In this document: positions 9,598-19,884 of the stretch, piece by piece
Position numbering within the stretch: position 1 is the first letter of the stretch
Layout: every line of letters starts with the position of its first letter
Assembly: GCA_963738195.1 (NCBI GenBank)
Contig: CAVTVF010000002.1
Coordinates: forward strand, 1,926,992 to 1,990,991
Direction: 5' to 3'
DNA length: 64,000 nucleotides
DNA from: an uncultured Solirubrobacterales bacterium
GTDB taxonomy: Bacteria > Actinomycetota > Thermoleophilia > Solirubrobacterales > Solirubrobacteraceae
The notes under the pieces: model-generated
Seen by the model: the letters and a program-made list of their open reading frames with translations, nothing else
The model's database searches: none
What the model was told of the DNA's origin: nothing
Position numbers and translations under genes: made by a program

Positions 9598-10344
9598 TCA
9601 ATGCCCCTGCTCGCGCAGGAAGCGGACGAACGCGGTCTCGAAGTCCGGCGCATCTCCGCCCGACGCGGCTCGTTCGAGCTCGGCGGGCGTACCCGAGAAC
9701 AGGAGCTCGCCGTCTGCGAGCACGAGCAGGCGGTCACCGAACCGCTCCGCCTCGGCGACATCGTGCGTGGAGAACATGACGGTGGTGCCGCGCGCGGCCC
9801 GCTCGGAGATGAACTCCCACAGGCGCTCTCGCTGGCGCGGGTCGAGCGCGGCGGAGGGCTCGTCGAGCAGCAGTGCCTGGGGGTCGCGCAACAGGCCGAT
9901 GCCGATGTTGACGCGCTGCTGGTTGCCGCCCGACAGGCGCGCGACCGGCTCGTCGGCCCGCTCCACCAACCCGGTCTGCTCGAGCATCCGCTGGACGGCA
10001 GCCTCCGGATCGGTCACCCGCTCGAGGCGGGCGAACAGCCTGAAGTTCTCGCTCACCGACAGCTTCGAGTAGAGGGCGGGCTGCTGGGGCACCCAGCCGA
10101 CCTCATGCGCGGGACGGGTGATCTCGCCGCTGGTGGGTGCGATCACGCTCGCGAGGATCGCGAGCAGCGTCGTCTTGCCGGCTCCGTTGGGGCCGATCAC
10201 CGCGACCAGCTCGCCGGCTCGAGCCTCCACGGTGACCTCGTTCAACGCGACCCTGTCGCCGAAGCGCTTCGTCAGCCGCCGCCCGGCGAGGGTGACGGTC
10301 CCCGAACCCGTGCCGCTGGTGCTGGCCATCTGCTTCACAGTCAA
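9598..10344 (-). CDS. ABC transporter ATP-binding protein
   Basis: GPNGAGKT Walker A, LSGGNQQR signature, LLLDEP Walker B, STH. Confidence 0.95.
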   Translation of the reverse strand: MTVKQMASTSGTGSGTVTLAGRRLTKRFGDRVALNEVTVEARAGELVAVIGPNGAGKTTLLAILASVIAPTSGEITRPAHEVGWVPQQPALYSKLSVSENFRLFARLERVTDPEAAVQRMLEQTGLVERADEPVARLSGGNQQRVNIGIGLLRDPQALLLDEPSAALDPRQRERLWEFISERAARGTTVMFSTHDVAEAERFGDRLLVLADGELLFSGTPAELERAASGGDAPDFETAFVRFLREQGH

Positions 10345-10377
10345 CCGCGCTTACGCGCCACTAGCCTTCGGCGCGGC

Positions 10378-11172
10378 ATGGCTGAGACGCGCATCCTGTT
10401 CATGGGCGACATCGTCGGCGGCATCGGACGCAGAACGGTAGAGGCTCTGCTGCCCTCGCTGCGCGAGCGCCTGCAGCCGACCTTCGTCGTCGCGAATGGC
10501 GAGAACGCCGCCGGAGGCGTCGGCATCACGCCCAAGGTCGCCCAGCGTCTGCTGGCGGGCGGGATCGACGTCGTCACGCTCGGCAACCACACCTATCGCC
10601 ACCGCGAGGTCTACGGCTACCTCGACGACGAACCGCGCATCGTGCGGCCCGCCAACTTCCTCAAGAGCCAGCCCGGCCACGGCTGGTGCGTGGTCGAACG
10701 CGACGGGGTGAAACTCGGGGTGGTCTCGATCTCCGGCAACCTGTACATGAATGCCGGCCGGCCGGCCTTCCCCGAGGTCGACGCCGCGCTGCACGCCATG
10801 GACGAGGACGTGGACCACATCATCGTCGACATGCACGCCGAGGCCACCAGCGAGAAGGTCGCCATGGGCTGGCATCTCGACGGCCGGGTCACGGCCGTGG
10901 TCGGCACCCACACGCACGTGCCGACCGCCGACGCGCGCGTCCTACCCGGCGGCACGGCCTACATCACCGACGTGGGCATGACCGGCCCGCGCGGCGGCGT
11001 GATCGGCGTCAAGCGCGAGCAGGCGCTCGAGTCGCTGGTTACGCGGATGCCGGTTCGCTTCGAGACCTCAGCCGAGGACCCGTGGCTCAATGCCGTGCTG
11101 GTCACGGGCGACGGGTCCATGCGCGCCGCGGCGATCGAGCAGGTGCTTGAGCCCGCTCACGGCGTGAGCTAG
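10378..11172 (+). CDS. ymdB: YmdB/TIGR00282 family metallophosphoesterase
   Basis: RILFMGDIVG, NGENAAGG, TLGNH, DMHAEATSEK, GTHTHVPTAD, TDVGMTG. Confidence 0.93.
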   Translation: MAETRILFMGDIVGGIGRRTVEALLPSLRERLQPTFVVANGENAAGGVGITPKVAQRLLAGGIDVVTLGNHTYRHREVYGYLDDEPRIVRPANFLKSQPGHGWCVVERDGVKLGVVSISGNLYMNAGRPAFPEVDAALHAMDEDVDHIIVDMHAEATSEKVAMGWHLDGRVTAVVGTHTHVPTADARVLPGGTAYITDVGMTGPRGGVIGVKREQALESLVTRMPVRFETSAEDPWLNAVLVTGDGSMRAAAIEQVLEPAHGVS

Positions 11173-12870
11173 GAGCCCCGCTCGGTCGGGCTCAGGCTCG
11201 GGCGTGCGTTCGACGACCGCCGGCTCGAGCTCCTCGACCGCGACCACCGGCCCCGCGCCGAGCAGCGCGATCAACGCCAGCGGGAAGAACCACAGGATGT
11301 AGAGGTAGAACCAATAGGTCACGCCGAGCTGGACCGCGATCAGGACCGCCGCACCGAGTCCGGCGACCTCGATCACGGTCCGCCTTCGGGGTCTGAAGGC
11401 GACCGCAACTCCGAGGGCGACCGCGAGCCCCTGAACGATGTGCTGCTCGAGCGAGAGCCCTCCCCACAGTCCCCAGATCGAGAATGGGGCCGAGCGGGTG
11501 GCCTGATAGGCGACCGTGTCGCGCCAGAAGCGGGCAAAGTTGCCGTCGAGGAAGACCGGCACCAGCGACGCGGCCACCGTCGCCAGGAACGCCGCGGCGA
11601 ATGCGAGCAGCGACCGGACGCGCGGGAACCCAGTCCCGACCCCGCGCATGAACAGCGGCGCGAGCGCGAAGGGAGCGAACTTGGTCATCCCGGCGAGCGC
11701 GGCGGCGACGCCGCGCGCCGGCGCCGAGGTCAACGTGAGCAGGGCCAGGACCAGGACCAGCGGCACCAGCGTGTCGTTGCTGTTCGAGTTCAGGCCGAAG
11801 AGCGTGAACGGGTAGGCGACCCAGGCCCAGGCGAGCAGCGCTCCGAGCTGCGGGCGGCGGAGCCGATGGCCGAGCACGAACAGCGCCACCAGCGTGAGCA
11901 GGTCGAACGCGATCGAGGCCGCGTGGGCCGCCGGCAGCGTATCCCACGTCCCGTTCCAGCCGAAGATCGCCGTGAAGGGCACATAGGCGTAGTAGTTCAG
12001 CGGTCCGTAGGTATCGCCACTCGAGTTGTCCGAGGGCCATCCGCCGTACAGCGTCTGGCCGTGGAGCAGGCGATGGGAGCCGATCACGCCCGCGTACCCG
12101 ACGTCGATCACGTTCGAGTCGATCACGTTCAGCGCCACCCTCAGCGCGAACAGCACGACCGTGCCGATCACGATCCAGTTGACGGGCAGCGACGGCGTGA
12201 TCGGCGCCCGTGGCCGCCCGCGCCCGGCCGCGAGCGTCAGTAGCCGCACGAGCAGGTAGAGCAGGAACGGATAGACCAGCGGCACCGACAGCCCGATCTC
12301 GGCGTGGTTGAAGAACGCGAGCGAGATCGAGAAGCCCAGCAACATCAGCAGGTCGAGGTGCAGCAGCGACCACGAGCGGCGCCGGAACAGCGCTCGCCAG
12401 CGCACGAACGGGACGAGGAAGAGCGCGCACAGCGGTAGCCAGACGTAGAGCGCGTTTGCGCTGCGGCCGAAGGCTCCCGGATATCCGCGGGCCATCGTCC
12501 ACGCGACCTGAAACCCGGTCCAGGCCTCGGTCGGCTTGCCGGTGGCATCGTCGACGTAGACCTCGGCCAGCTCGGGGCCCTTATGGGCGCTCTTGAACCA
12601 GCTCACCTGCCATTGGCCGTAGCCCTTCGTGTATTCGTAGGGGTAGGCCTTGGGGTGGCGGCGCAACTCGGCCCGGATCAGCGGCACGCGGGCGGCGATC
12701 CGCTCGACCTGGGCCGCGGTCAGGCGGTATCCCTTCGGCGGAACGTGCTGGCGGGTTACGAGCGTCGGCTGCTGCGCCGAGGCGGCCGCCGGGAGGGCGA
12801 GCCAGACCAGGATCAGGACGACGAGCGCGAGCAGACGCGCGGGCTTCGGCCGGCGCGTCTCCGGAACAGC
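11068..12870 (-). CDS. GT-C (GT87-like) membrane glycosyltransferase with an N-terminal extracellular domain; start and end uncertain
   Basis: Many TMs, VIDVGY...DTYGPLNY, NSNDTL, TKFAP, WFYLYILWF. The 3' end overlaps ymdB by about 105 bp. Confidence 0.7.
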   Translation of the reverse strand, partial: AVPETRRPKPARLLALVVLILVWLALPAAASAQQPTLVTRQHVPPKGYRLTAAQVERIAARVPLIRAELRRHPKAYPYEYTKGYGQWQVSWFKSAHKGPELAEVYVDDATGKPTEAWTGFQVAWTMARGYPGAFGRSANALYVWLPLCALFLVPFVRWRALFRRRSWSLLHLDLLMLLGFSISLAFFNHAEIGLSVPLVYPFLLYLLVRLLTLAAGRGRPRAPITPSLPVNWIVIGTVVLFALRVALNVIDSNVIDVGYAGVIGSHRLLHGQTLYGGWPSDNSSGDTYGPLNYYAYVPFTAIFGWNGTWDTLPAAHAASIAFDLLTLVALFVLGHRLRRPQLGALLAWAWVAYPFTLFGLNSNSNDTLVPLVLVLALLTLTSAPARGVAAALAGMTKFAPFALAPLFMRGVGTGFPRVRSLLAFAAAFLATVAASLVPVFLDGNFARFWRDTVAYQATRSAPFSIWGLWGGLSLEQHIVQGLAVALGVAVAFRPRRRTVIEVAGLGAAVLIAVQLGVTYWFYLYILWFFPLALIALLGAGPVVAVEELEPAVVERTPEPEPDRAGLLAHAVSGLKHLLDRRGAHGPVARDQHGIEPRVLG

Positions 12871-13352
12871 TAGGCCCGGAAGCTCCAGAGCTTCTGCCCG
12901 AGGAATGACAGCGGCGTCGCCGCGGCCACGGCGATCGCCTGCGCGGCCACCTTGACCAGGCCGACGTCGGAGACGAGCGTCACCAGCACCACGTACGTGA
13001 AGCCGTAGGCGACGAGCGAGACGATGAAGAAACGGGTGCCCTGGAAGATCGGGTGTTCGTGCTTGGCGTCGAATGTCCAGTGACGATTCCACCAGAAGTT
13101 GTTGACGACCGAGACTACGAAAGCGATCGCCGAGGCGAGGCGGTAATCGATCGCAAACAGGTGCACGCACAGCGCGAATACGCCCAGGTTGAGTAGGTAG
13201 CCGCTGATGCCGACAGCCGAGAATCGCAGCAGCTGGAGCCAGTTCCCGGCCTTGAGCATGCCCGCGCGGGCGCGCACGTGGAACGGCAGCCGGACGGAGG
13301 GAAACTCGACCGTCTTGGGCAGTTCGACGGCAATCGTCCGTTCGTCAGGCAT
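12870..13352 (-). CDS. GtrA family flippase-like protein
   Basis: QLLRFSAVG, NNFWWNRHWTF, four TMs, KLWSF. Confidence 0.9.
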   Translation of the reverse strand: MPDERTIAVELPKTVEFPSVRLPFHVRARAGMLKAGNWLQLLRFSAVGISGYLLNLGVFALCVHLFAIDYRLASAIAFVVSVVNNFWWNRHWTFDAKHEHPIFQGTRFFIVSLVAYGFTYVVLVTLVSDVGLVKVAAQAIAVAAATPLSFLGQKLWSFRA

Positions 13353-13414
13353 CGCAGAAATGTACCGTGGCGGGGGTTTACCGATACACGCGGGGGATTC
13401 GCACTAACCGGTTG

Positions 13415-14962
13415 CTAATCCTCTACCCGCCTCGTGGGTTCCTCCACATTCTGACGGAGATCGGCGGATTGTGCGCGATCTGTCTGGAAGTGCTCGCGCA
13501 CCAGGCGCGCGACGTCGTAGAGCGTCCACTGCCCGCGCGCCTCCCCGCTCTCGGGCCCCGTGCCGCACCACAGCAGCGCGCCCAGCGAATCGGAGGAATG
13601 CAGCGAACCATGGCTGCCGCCGCCGACATGGTCGGCGCCGCCCCAGTCGACGAATTCGTAACCAGGTGCAGCCGAGAGCAGCACCTCGCCGGCGGTCGGG
13701 CAACGGAGCGCCGAATAGACGCGCTCGAGCGCGTTGGGATAGGCGGCGGAGTCCAGCCGCCCGTCGCGCACCGTCAAATCGAGCGCCTCGAGCTCGCCCT
13801 CGATGCTCCAGCTGTTGCCGCGCAGGTCCTCGAGCTCGCCTCCGGGCGCGAAGCGCAGCTCGCCGCGGGCGCCGCGCACGATCGCCTCGCCGTCCTTCAA
13901 CCTGAGCACCAGGTCGACGCCCGGGATCGTGTGCGCGAGCGCGGATGAGCGTTTGACGATCTGCTGGGCATGGTCCTCGTCGAGCGCGTAGATCATCGCC
14001 GAGCGCTGCGCCGGGCTGATTGCGACCTCGGCCGGCGCGGCGCGGGCCGGCGCCGCGGGGGTCGCGACCTCGAAGTCGGCCAGCGCGCGGTCCAAGCGGA
14101 TGCGCTCCTCGACCGTGGCCTGCGAGTGGTCGGAGGCGACGATCACCGCGTGGTCGTCGAAGAACGCGTCGGGGCCGCCGGCGGCGTGCATCATGCGCTC
14201 GAGCTGGCGGTCAGCGGCGGCGATCGAGGTCACCTGGGCGTAGGGGCCGTTGCGATGCGAGAAGGCGTCGTTGTCGGGCAGCGAGAGCAGCAGGAAGTCG
14301 AACAGGTCGTTCTCGATCAGGTAGGCACCGACGCAGCCAGAGTGCTGATCGCGGATGCCCGGCATGCCCAGCTGGCCGCGGCACCCCGTTTTGCGACTCG
14401 CGTAGAGGTCGGCGTAGAACAGCTCGAGCGGTCCGTCGATCGTGCGCCGGAACAGGGTCGAGGTAACGATGCGGGCGAGCGCGGTCTCGTTTGAGACCTC
14501 GTGTTGATGGCGACCGCGGTAGATCAGGTAGGTGGTGCCCGCGGTGCGCAGGTCGAGGTCGTCGAGGCTCTCGAAGACCGTCTCCACGTCCGTCGAGAGG
14601 TGCTCGGCGTTCATGCGATAGATCGTGTCGGTGAGCGAGCGGAGCACGCCGAACTGGCGGCTGGCGGAGAAGCTCGAGCCATATTCGACGTAGCGCGCCT
14701 CCTCGCGGTGGTACCAGTTCATGCTCGGGATGTGGTGGCGGTCGGGACCGACACCGGTGGCGATCGTGGCCGCGCACACGGGGGTGACGGAAGGGAAGGC
14801 GGCGACGCAGTCGCTGACATACGCGCCGCGCTGCATGACCTGCTCGAGCGCGGGCGCGCGGCCGACCGCGATTGCCCGCTCGAGCATGGCCGGCTTGAGT
14901 GCGTCGATCACGACCAGAATGAGCTTCTTGACGCCTGCCGGCGCCCGCGTCTCGGCGCTCAC
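13415..14962 (-). CDS. Alkaline phosphatase superfamily nucleotide pyrophosphatase/phosphodiesterase
   Basis: LVVIDAL, FPSVTP (Thr nucleophile), DxxSH, SDH, GSHGSLH. Confidence 0.85.
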   Translation of the reverse strand: MSAETRAPAGVKKLILVVIDALKPAMLERAIAVGRAPALEQVMQRGAYVSDCVAAFPSVTPVCAATIATGVGPDRHHIPSMNWYHREEARYVEYGSSFSASRQFGVLRSLTDTIYRMNAEHLSTDVETVFESLDDLDLRTAGTTYLIYRGRHQHEVSNETALARIVTSTLFRRTIDGPLELFYADLYASRKTGCRGQLGMPGIRDQHSGCVGAYLIENDLFDFLLLSLPDNDAFSHRNGPYAQVTSIAAADRQLERMMHAAGGPDAFFDDHAVIVASDHSQATVEERIRLDRALADFEVATPAAPARAAPAEVAISPAQRSAMIYALDEDHAQQIVKRSSALAHTIPGVDLVLRLKDGEAIVRGARGELRFAPGGELEDLRGNSWSIEGELEALDLTVRDGRLDSAAYPNALERVYSALRCPTAGEVLLSAAPGYEFVDWGGADHVGGGSHGSLHSSDSLGALLWCGTGPESGEARGQWTLYDVARLVREHFQTDRAQSADLRQNVEEPTRRVED

Positions 14963-15564
14963 CTGAGGATCCGCAGACCGGCGTATTTCTGTCCGCTGCG
15001 CCGCCTGCCCGTGACCACGAGCCCGATCAGGCCGGCGACCGCGATCACTCCGACGGGCGGCGCGACCACCGACAGGACCGCGACCACCACCGCGATTCCC
15101 TCGGCGTAGAGCGTGACCGCGCTCGCGGCTTGGCCGTCCAGGCGGGCACGGACGCGCGCGAACAGCGGCCGCGTGGCCACGACCCCCACGAGCGCGCAGG
15201 CGATGCCCGCTGGATAGCCCGGCCAGGCGGTCGCGAAGGTGCGGTGATGGTGGGCCTGCGCAAGCGCGCCCGCGAACAGGATCGCCCCCAGCCCCAGCCC
15301 GACCGCCCCCACGACCACCAGCGCCGAGCGGCCGTCCATCCGCGGAGGACCGAGCCGCCGCTCGAGGTAGGCCAGCAGGATCGCGCAGACCACAATCGCG
15401 AGCAGCCAGGGCGTTCCCTGCAGGAAGGAGAAGTCACTTCCCTTGAACTGGATCTGGACATCCTCGGTGGCCAGCACGCCGACGAGCAGCGTGGGCAGGA
15501 AGGGCCGGACGCCGACCGCGGCGGCGATGCCCATCCCCTGGAAGATGTCGAATAACAGGTGCAT
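14959..15564 (-). CDS. Membrane protein (DUF4126-like)
   Basis: GxGIAAAVGVRPFLPTLL N-terminus, about six TMs, start/stop overlap with the phosphodiesterase. Confidence 0.65.
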   Translation of the reverse strand: MHLLFDIFQGMGIAAAVGVRPFLPTLLVGVLATEDVQIQFKGSDFSFLQGTPWLLAIVVCAILLAYLERRLGPPRMDGRSALVVVGAVGLGLGAILFAGALAQAHHHRTFATAWPGYPAGIACALVGVVATRPLFARVRARLDGQAASAVTLYAEGIAVVVAVLSVVAPPVGVIAVAGLIGLVVTGRRRSGQKYAGLRILR

Positions 15565-15585
15565 GGTGCGCTACTGTGGACCAGC

Positions 15586-16953
15586 GTGACGATACGCGGT
15601 CCGCGTAGTGGCCAGTCGACCGCGCACGACATCGAGCGCTATGCGGCCCTGTTCGCCCAGCGGACAACCGTGATGCGCTCCTCGGCGATGCGCGACCTGA
15701 TGGCCCTCACCGAGCGACCGGAGGTGATCTCGCTGGCGGGCGGCCTGCCCGACACTTCCACCTTCCCGCCCGATTCCTATGCGGCGCTGATGGGCACAGT
15801 CGCGGCGCAGGCCTGCGCCCAGGCGCTCCAGTACGGGCCCACGGAGGGGTTGCAGGCGATCAAGCGCTGCATTGCCGACGTGATGGCCGCCGAGGGCATG
15901 GAGATCGGCACCGACCAGCTGCTCGTGACGACCGGCGGCCAGCAGGTGATCGACCTCGTCTGCAAGACGCTGCTCGACCCGGGCGATGTGGTCGTCTGTG
16001 AAGCGCCCACCTATCCGGGGGCCGTGCCGACTTTCTGTGCCTACCAGGCCGAGGTCGTCCAGGTGACGATGGACGGCGAGGGCATGCGCACCGATGAGCT
16101 CGAGCAGACTCTGGCCGGTCTCGAGCGGGCCGGCCGGCGGCCCAAGTTCATCTACACGGTGCCGAACTTCCACAATCCGGCCGGGGTGACGCTGTCCGTC
16201 GAACGCCGCGCCGAGCTGGTGCGCATCGCTGCCGCCCGCGAGCTGCTCGTGCTCGAGGACAACCCCTACGGGATGCTCCGCTATGAGGGTCCCTCGCTAC
16301 CGACGCTGCGCTCGCTCGACCAGGAGTTCGTGATCTACGCGAGCACCTTCTCGAAGATCCTCTCGCCCGGCGTCCGCCTCGGCTGGACCGCGGCCCCGGC
16401 CCCCGTGCTCGAGAAGATGAACATTGGCAAGCAGTCCTCCGATCTCTGCTCGTCTTCGATTTCGCAGTACTTCGTGTGCGCCTACTTCGAGTCGGGGCCG
16501 TGGCAGAGGTACGTGCGCTCGCTGATCGAGATCTACCGTCGCCGGCGCGACGTGATGCTGGACGCCCTGGCCGAGCATTTCCCGCCCGAGGCCTACTGGA
16601 CTCACCCACAGGGCGGCCTCTTCATCTGGGCCACGCTGCCTGACTTCATCGACACGACCGACCTGCTCGCGCGCGCACTCGAGCAGCGGGTGGCGTTCGT
16701 CCCCGGCCGGGCGGCCTACGTCGACGGCCGCGGGGGCTCTTCGATGCGGCTCAACTTCTCGGGCGTGGGCGAGCACGACATCCGCGAGGGGATCCGCCGC
16801 ATCGGCGAGGTGGTGAGCGAGCAGGTCAGGTTGTACGGCACCTTGACGGGACGCCGCCCGGGCCGCCCCAAGGCCGTGCGCGACGAGCCCGCAGCCGCCG
16901 AGCCGGCCCAGCTCGCACGCGTGCTGCGCCTGCCTCGCAAGCACGCTGGATGA
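15586..16953 (+). CDS. PLP-dependent class I aminotransferase (LysN/ARO8-like)
   Basis: ISLAGGLPD, ALQYG, PNFHNPAG, EDNPY, STFSKILSPGVRLGW, MRLNFS. Confidence 0.92.
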   Translation: MTIRGPRSGQSTAHDIERYAALFAQRTTVMRSSAMRDLMALTERPEVISLAGGLPDTSTFPPDSYAALMGTVAAQACAQALQYGPTEGLQAIKRCIADVMAAEGMEIGTDQLLVTTGGQQVIDLVCKTLLDPGDVVVCEAPTYPGAVPTFCAYQAEVVQVTMDGEGMRTDELEQTLAGLERAGRRPKFIYTVPNFHNPAGVTLSVERRAELVRIAAARELLVLEDNPYGMLRYEGPSLPTLRSLDQEFVIYASTFSKILSPGVRLGWTAAPAPVLEKMNIGKQSSDLCSSSISQYFVCAYFESGPWQRYVRSLIEIYRRRRDVMLDALAEHFPPEAYWTHPQGGLFIWATLPDFIDTTDLLARALEQRVAFVPGRAAYVDGRGGSSMRLNFSGVGEHDIREGIRRIGEVVSEQVRLYGTLTGRRPGRPKAVRDEPAAAEPAQLARVLRLPRKHAG

Positions 16954-17891
16954 TGCGGGTGGCAGTGCTCAAGGGTGGTCGCTCGCTCGAGCGGCAGGTC
17001 TCGCTGCGCTCCGCGGCACGAGTTGAGGAGGCGCTCGAGCGGCTCGGCCACGAGCCCTTGCCGGTCGACGTCGGGGTCGACCTCGTCGAATGGCTCGAGG
17101 CGAGGAGGCCCGAGATCGCGTTCGTCGCGCTGCACGGCCGTGACGGCGAGGATGGCACGGTCCAGGAGCTGCTCGACGCGCTGGCGATTCCCTATACGGG
17201 GTCGCGCGTGTCGGCCTGCATACGGGCGGCGGACAAGGTGCTCTCGAAGCACGCGATGCGCGACCGCGGCATCCCCACGCCCGATTTTTTCGCCTTCAAC
17301 GAGACGGCCTTCAACGAGCTCGGTGCCGCACACGCTTTGCCGGCGATCGAGGCGCATCTCGGCTTCCCGATTGTGGTCAAGCCCGCCAGCCAGGGGTCGG
17401 CGCTGGGGATCAAGTTCGCGCGCAGCGCCAACGAGCTCCCCGCCGCGCTTGTGGCCGCCTTCTCCTACGACCGCAAGGTGCTGCTCGAGCGCCACATCCA
17501 GGGTCGCGAGCTGGCGGTGTCGATCATCGAGGAGCAGGGCGCGCCGCGCGCGCTGCCGATCGTCGAGGCGGCTCCGGTACAGGAGGAGTTCTACGACTTC
17601 GAGGCCCGCTACGAGATCGGGCGGACCAAATTCGAGTGTCCGGCGCACCTCCCCGACGAGACGGCGGCGGAGGCGACTGCGATCGCGCTCCAGGTCTTCG
17701 AGCTGCTCGGCCTGCGCGGCTTCGCGCGCGTCGACCTGATGCTCGGCGAGGACGGCCGACCCCAGGTGCTCGAGGCCAACGCAATCCCGGGCATGACCGA
17801 GACGAGCCTCCTGCCCCAGGCAGCGGAGGCCGCGGGCATCAGCTTCGACCAGCTCGTCCAGCGGATCCTCGACGCGGTTTCAATCGAGTAG
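16950..17891 (+). CDS. ddl: D-alanine--D-alanine ligase
   Basis: GGRSLERQVSL, LHGRDGEDG, KPASQGSALG, FYDFEARY, EANAIPGMT. Confidence 0.95.
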   Translation: MMRVAVLKGGRSLERQVSLRSAARVEEALERLGHEPLPVDVGVDLVEWLEARRPEIAFVALHGRDGEDGTVQELLDALAIPYTGSRVSACIRAADKVLSKHAMRDRGIPTPDFFAFNETAFNELGAAHALPAIEAHLGFPIVVKPASQGSALGIKFARSANELPAALVAAFSYDRKVLLERHIQGRELAVSIIEEQGAPRALPIVEAAPVQEEFYDFEARYEIGRTKFECPAHLPDETAAEATAIALQVFELLGLRGFARVDLMLGEDGRPQVLEANAIPGMTETSLLPQAAEAAGISFDQLVQRILDAVSIE

Positions 17892-17973
17892 ACCGGCGCG
17901 CATGCGCGCCGGTCCGGCCGGCGCATGCGCCGGCCGAGGGGTCGGCACATGTGCCGACCCCAAAAGCATTTTG

Positions 17974-18462
17974 CTATTCGCCCGAGGCGAAGTCCTCAGG
18001 CGAGACGTGGTCGAGGAAGTCCTTGAACTTCTCCACCACCTCTTCGGTGTCCTCGACCTCGTGCTCGAACTCGATCGCGGACTCGGAGATCACCTCGTCA
18101 GCCGCAAAGATCGGGGCGCCGGAGCGGACGGCCAGCGCCAGGGCGTCGCTCGGCCGTGAGTCGATCTCGAACTCGCGGCCGTTGGCGCGCAGGCTGATCG
18201 AGGCATAGAAGGTGTTCTCGCGCAGCTCCGTGACCGCCACGCGCGTGCACTCGACGTCGAGCTCGCCGAGCATGTCCGAGAGCAGATCGTGGGTCATCGG
18301 GCGGGGGGTCGATGCCCCCTGGAGCTTCATCAGGATCGCCGCCGCCTCCGGGTGGCCGATCCAGATCGGCAGGAACTTGTTGTTCTCCACCGTCTTCAAC
18401 AACACGATCGGCTGCTTGCCGACCATGTCGAAGCTCACGCCGTAGATCACCATTTCCTGCAC
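17974..18462 (-). CDS. Bifunctional nuclease (DUF151) family protein
   Basis: LPIWIGHPEA, PRPMTHDL, IDSRPSDALALA. Confidence 0.93.
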   Translation of the reverse strand: MQEMVIYGVSFDMVGKQPIVLLKTVENNKFLPIWIGHPEAAAILMKLQGASTPRPMTHDLLSDMLGELDVECTRVAVTELRENTFYASISLRANGREFEIDSRPSDALALAVRSGAPIFAADEVISESAIEFEHEVEDTEEVVEKFKDFLDHVSPEDFASGE

Positions 18463-18585
18463 GCGCCGCGCTCCTCGGTAGCTGCTCGGGCCAAGTATAG
18501 GGGCGGGGGCTCATGGCCCAGGGACCCTCAGGGACCCGAAAATGCCGCGCTGCTCCGGGGCAAGCACCCCCTACACTCCACGCCC

Positions 18586-19884
18586 GTGGCGGCTCCGTCA
18601 GAGCGCGTTAAGGGGCGTCCGGAGCCGGCGGACGCAGAGCAACTGACCGGCTCAGGCCCCAACGGGGCCCTGCTCGGGCTGCCCGCTACCGAGACGCGCT
18701 CGTGGCTCGAGCGGGAGCGTTTGCGGCTGCTGTGGCTGAGCGTCCGCTTCCCTCTGCTCGTCTATACCGCAACGCGAGTGGCACTGCTGCTGATGGCGCT
18801 GCTCGAGAGCTACGTGCGTGGCCATCCCTTCACCAAGGAGCTCTCGAACTGGGACGGTCTCTGGTACCGGGAGCTCGCCAACAAGGGCTACCCCCATACG
18901 ACCCATGTGCCCGGGCATCCCCAGACGACGCTCGGCTTCCTGCCCGGGTTCCCGCTTCTGATCTGGCCACTGGCCCACCTCATGCTCGCGCTGGGCGCCT
19001 TCAACGGGAACGTGCCGACGGCGATGAGCACCGCCGGCATCCTCATCTCGGGCGTCGGCGGCGCTATCTGCACCGTGCTCGTCCACAGGCTGGCGACGGG
19101 CTGGTGGGGCGAGGTGGCCGGCAGGCGGGCGGTGATCATCTTCTGCACCTTCGCCGGCTCGGTCGTGTTTTCGATGGCCTACAGCGAGGGCGTGATGCTG
19201 CCGCTCGCGGTGGGCTGCATCTTGGCCCTCCAGCAGCGCCGCTGGCTGCTCGCGGGCATCCTGGCCGGCTGCGCGACAACGACCGAGCCGACAGCGTTCG
19301 TGCTGGTCCTGGTGTGCGGCGTCTCGGCCCTGCTCGAGCTGCGGCGTCGCGGCTGGCGCGACCCCGGTGCCCGCGCGAGCCTGCTCGCGCCGCTGCTCTC
19401 GCTCTCGGGGATCGTGGTGGTGGCGTCCTTCTTCTGGGCCTGGACGGGCACGCCGCTGGCGTCCTTCCACGCCCAGCACAACGGCTGGCACGAGAAGACC
19501 GATCCGTTCGCGCTGATCCACACCGCCTCGAGGCTGGCGCACCAGATCTCCTTCTCCCACTTCGACCATCCGCCGATCGATATGAACCTGGTCGTCGGGC
19601 TCGTCGGGGCGATCCTGCTCGTGGTCCTGCTCGTGCTGCTCGCTCGGAGCTGGCGCACCGTCTCGATCGAGGCGCTCGTGTGGACCGCCGGGATCAGCTT
19701 CTTGGCCGTCACATCGGAGTACGTGCCGCCGAATCCGCGGCTCCTGTTCACAGCCTTCCCGGCCGTGATCGTGCTCGCGCGCTATGTCAAGGGCAAGGGC
19801 TTCTGGGTGCTCACGGCCGTCAACTGCGCGCTGCTCCTGGGCCTCAGCTGGTGGACGTTCGTGGGCTACGGCCTACGGCCCTAG
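18586..19884 (+). CDS. PIG-V/GT76-like mannosyltransferase (GT-C)
   Basis: WDGLWYRELANKGY, FLPGFP, AYSEG, multiple TMs. Start chosen at a GTG just downstream of a TACACT -10. Confidence 0.8.
   Translation: MAAPSERVKGRPEPADAEQLTGSGPNGALLGLPATETRSWLERERLRLLWLSVRFPLLVYTATRVALLLMALLESYVRGHPFTKELSNWDGLWYRELANKGYPHTTHVPGHPQTTLGFLPGFPLLIWPLAHLMLALGAFNGNVPTAMSTAGILISGVGGAICTVLVHRLATGWWGEVAGRRAVIIFCTFAGSVVFSMAYSEGVMLPLAVGCILALQQRRWLLAGILAGCATTTEPTAFVLVLVCGVSALLELRRRGWRDPGARASLLAPLLSLSGIVVVASFFWAWTGTPLASFHAQHNGWHEKTDPFALIHTASRLAHQISFSHFDHPPIDMNLVVGLVGAILLVVLLVLLARSWRTVSIEALVWTAGISFLAVTSEYVPPNPRLLFTAFPAVIVLARYVKGKGFWVLTAVNCALLLGLSWWTFVGYGLRP

Noticed and set aside
11068-11172. Functional 105-bp convergent overlap of the GT87-like gene and ymdB
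   Set aside because: An out-of-frame TAG at 11169-11171 would end the gene neatly; an indel or trivial read-through is more likely.
16950-17891. Van-type D-Ala-D-Lac ligase
   Set aside because: The omega-loop Tyr is retained (FYDFEARY) and no vanH or vanX neighbours are present.
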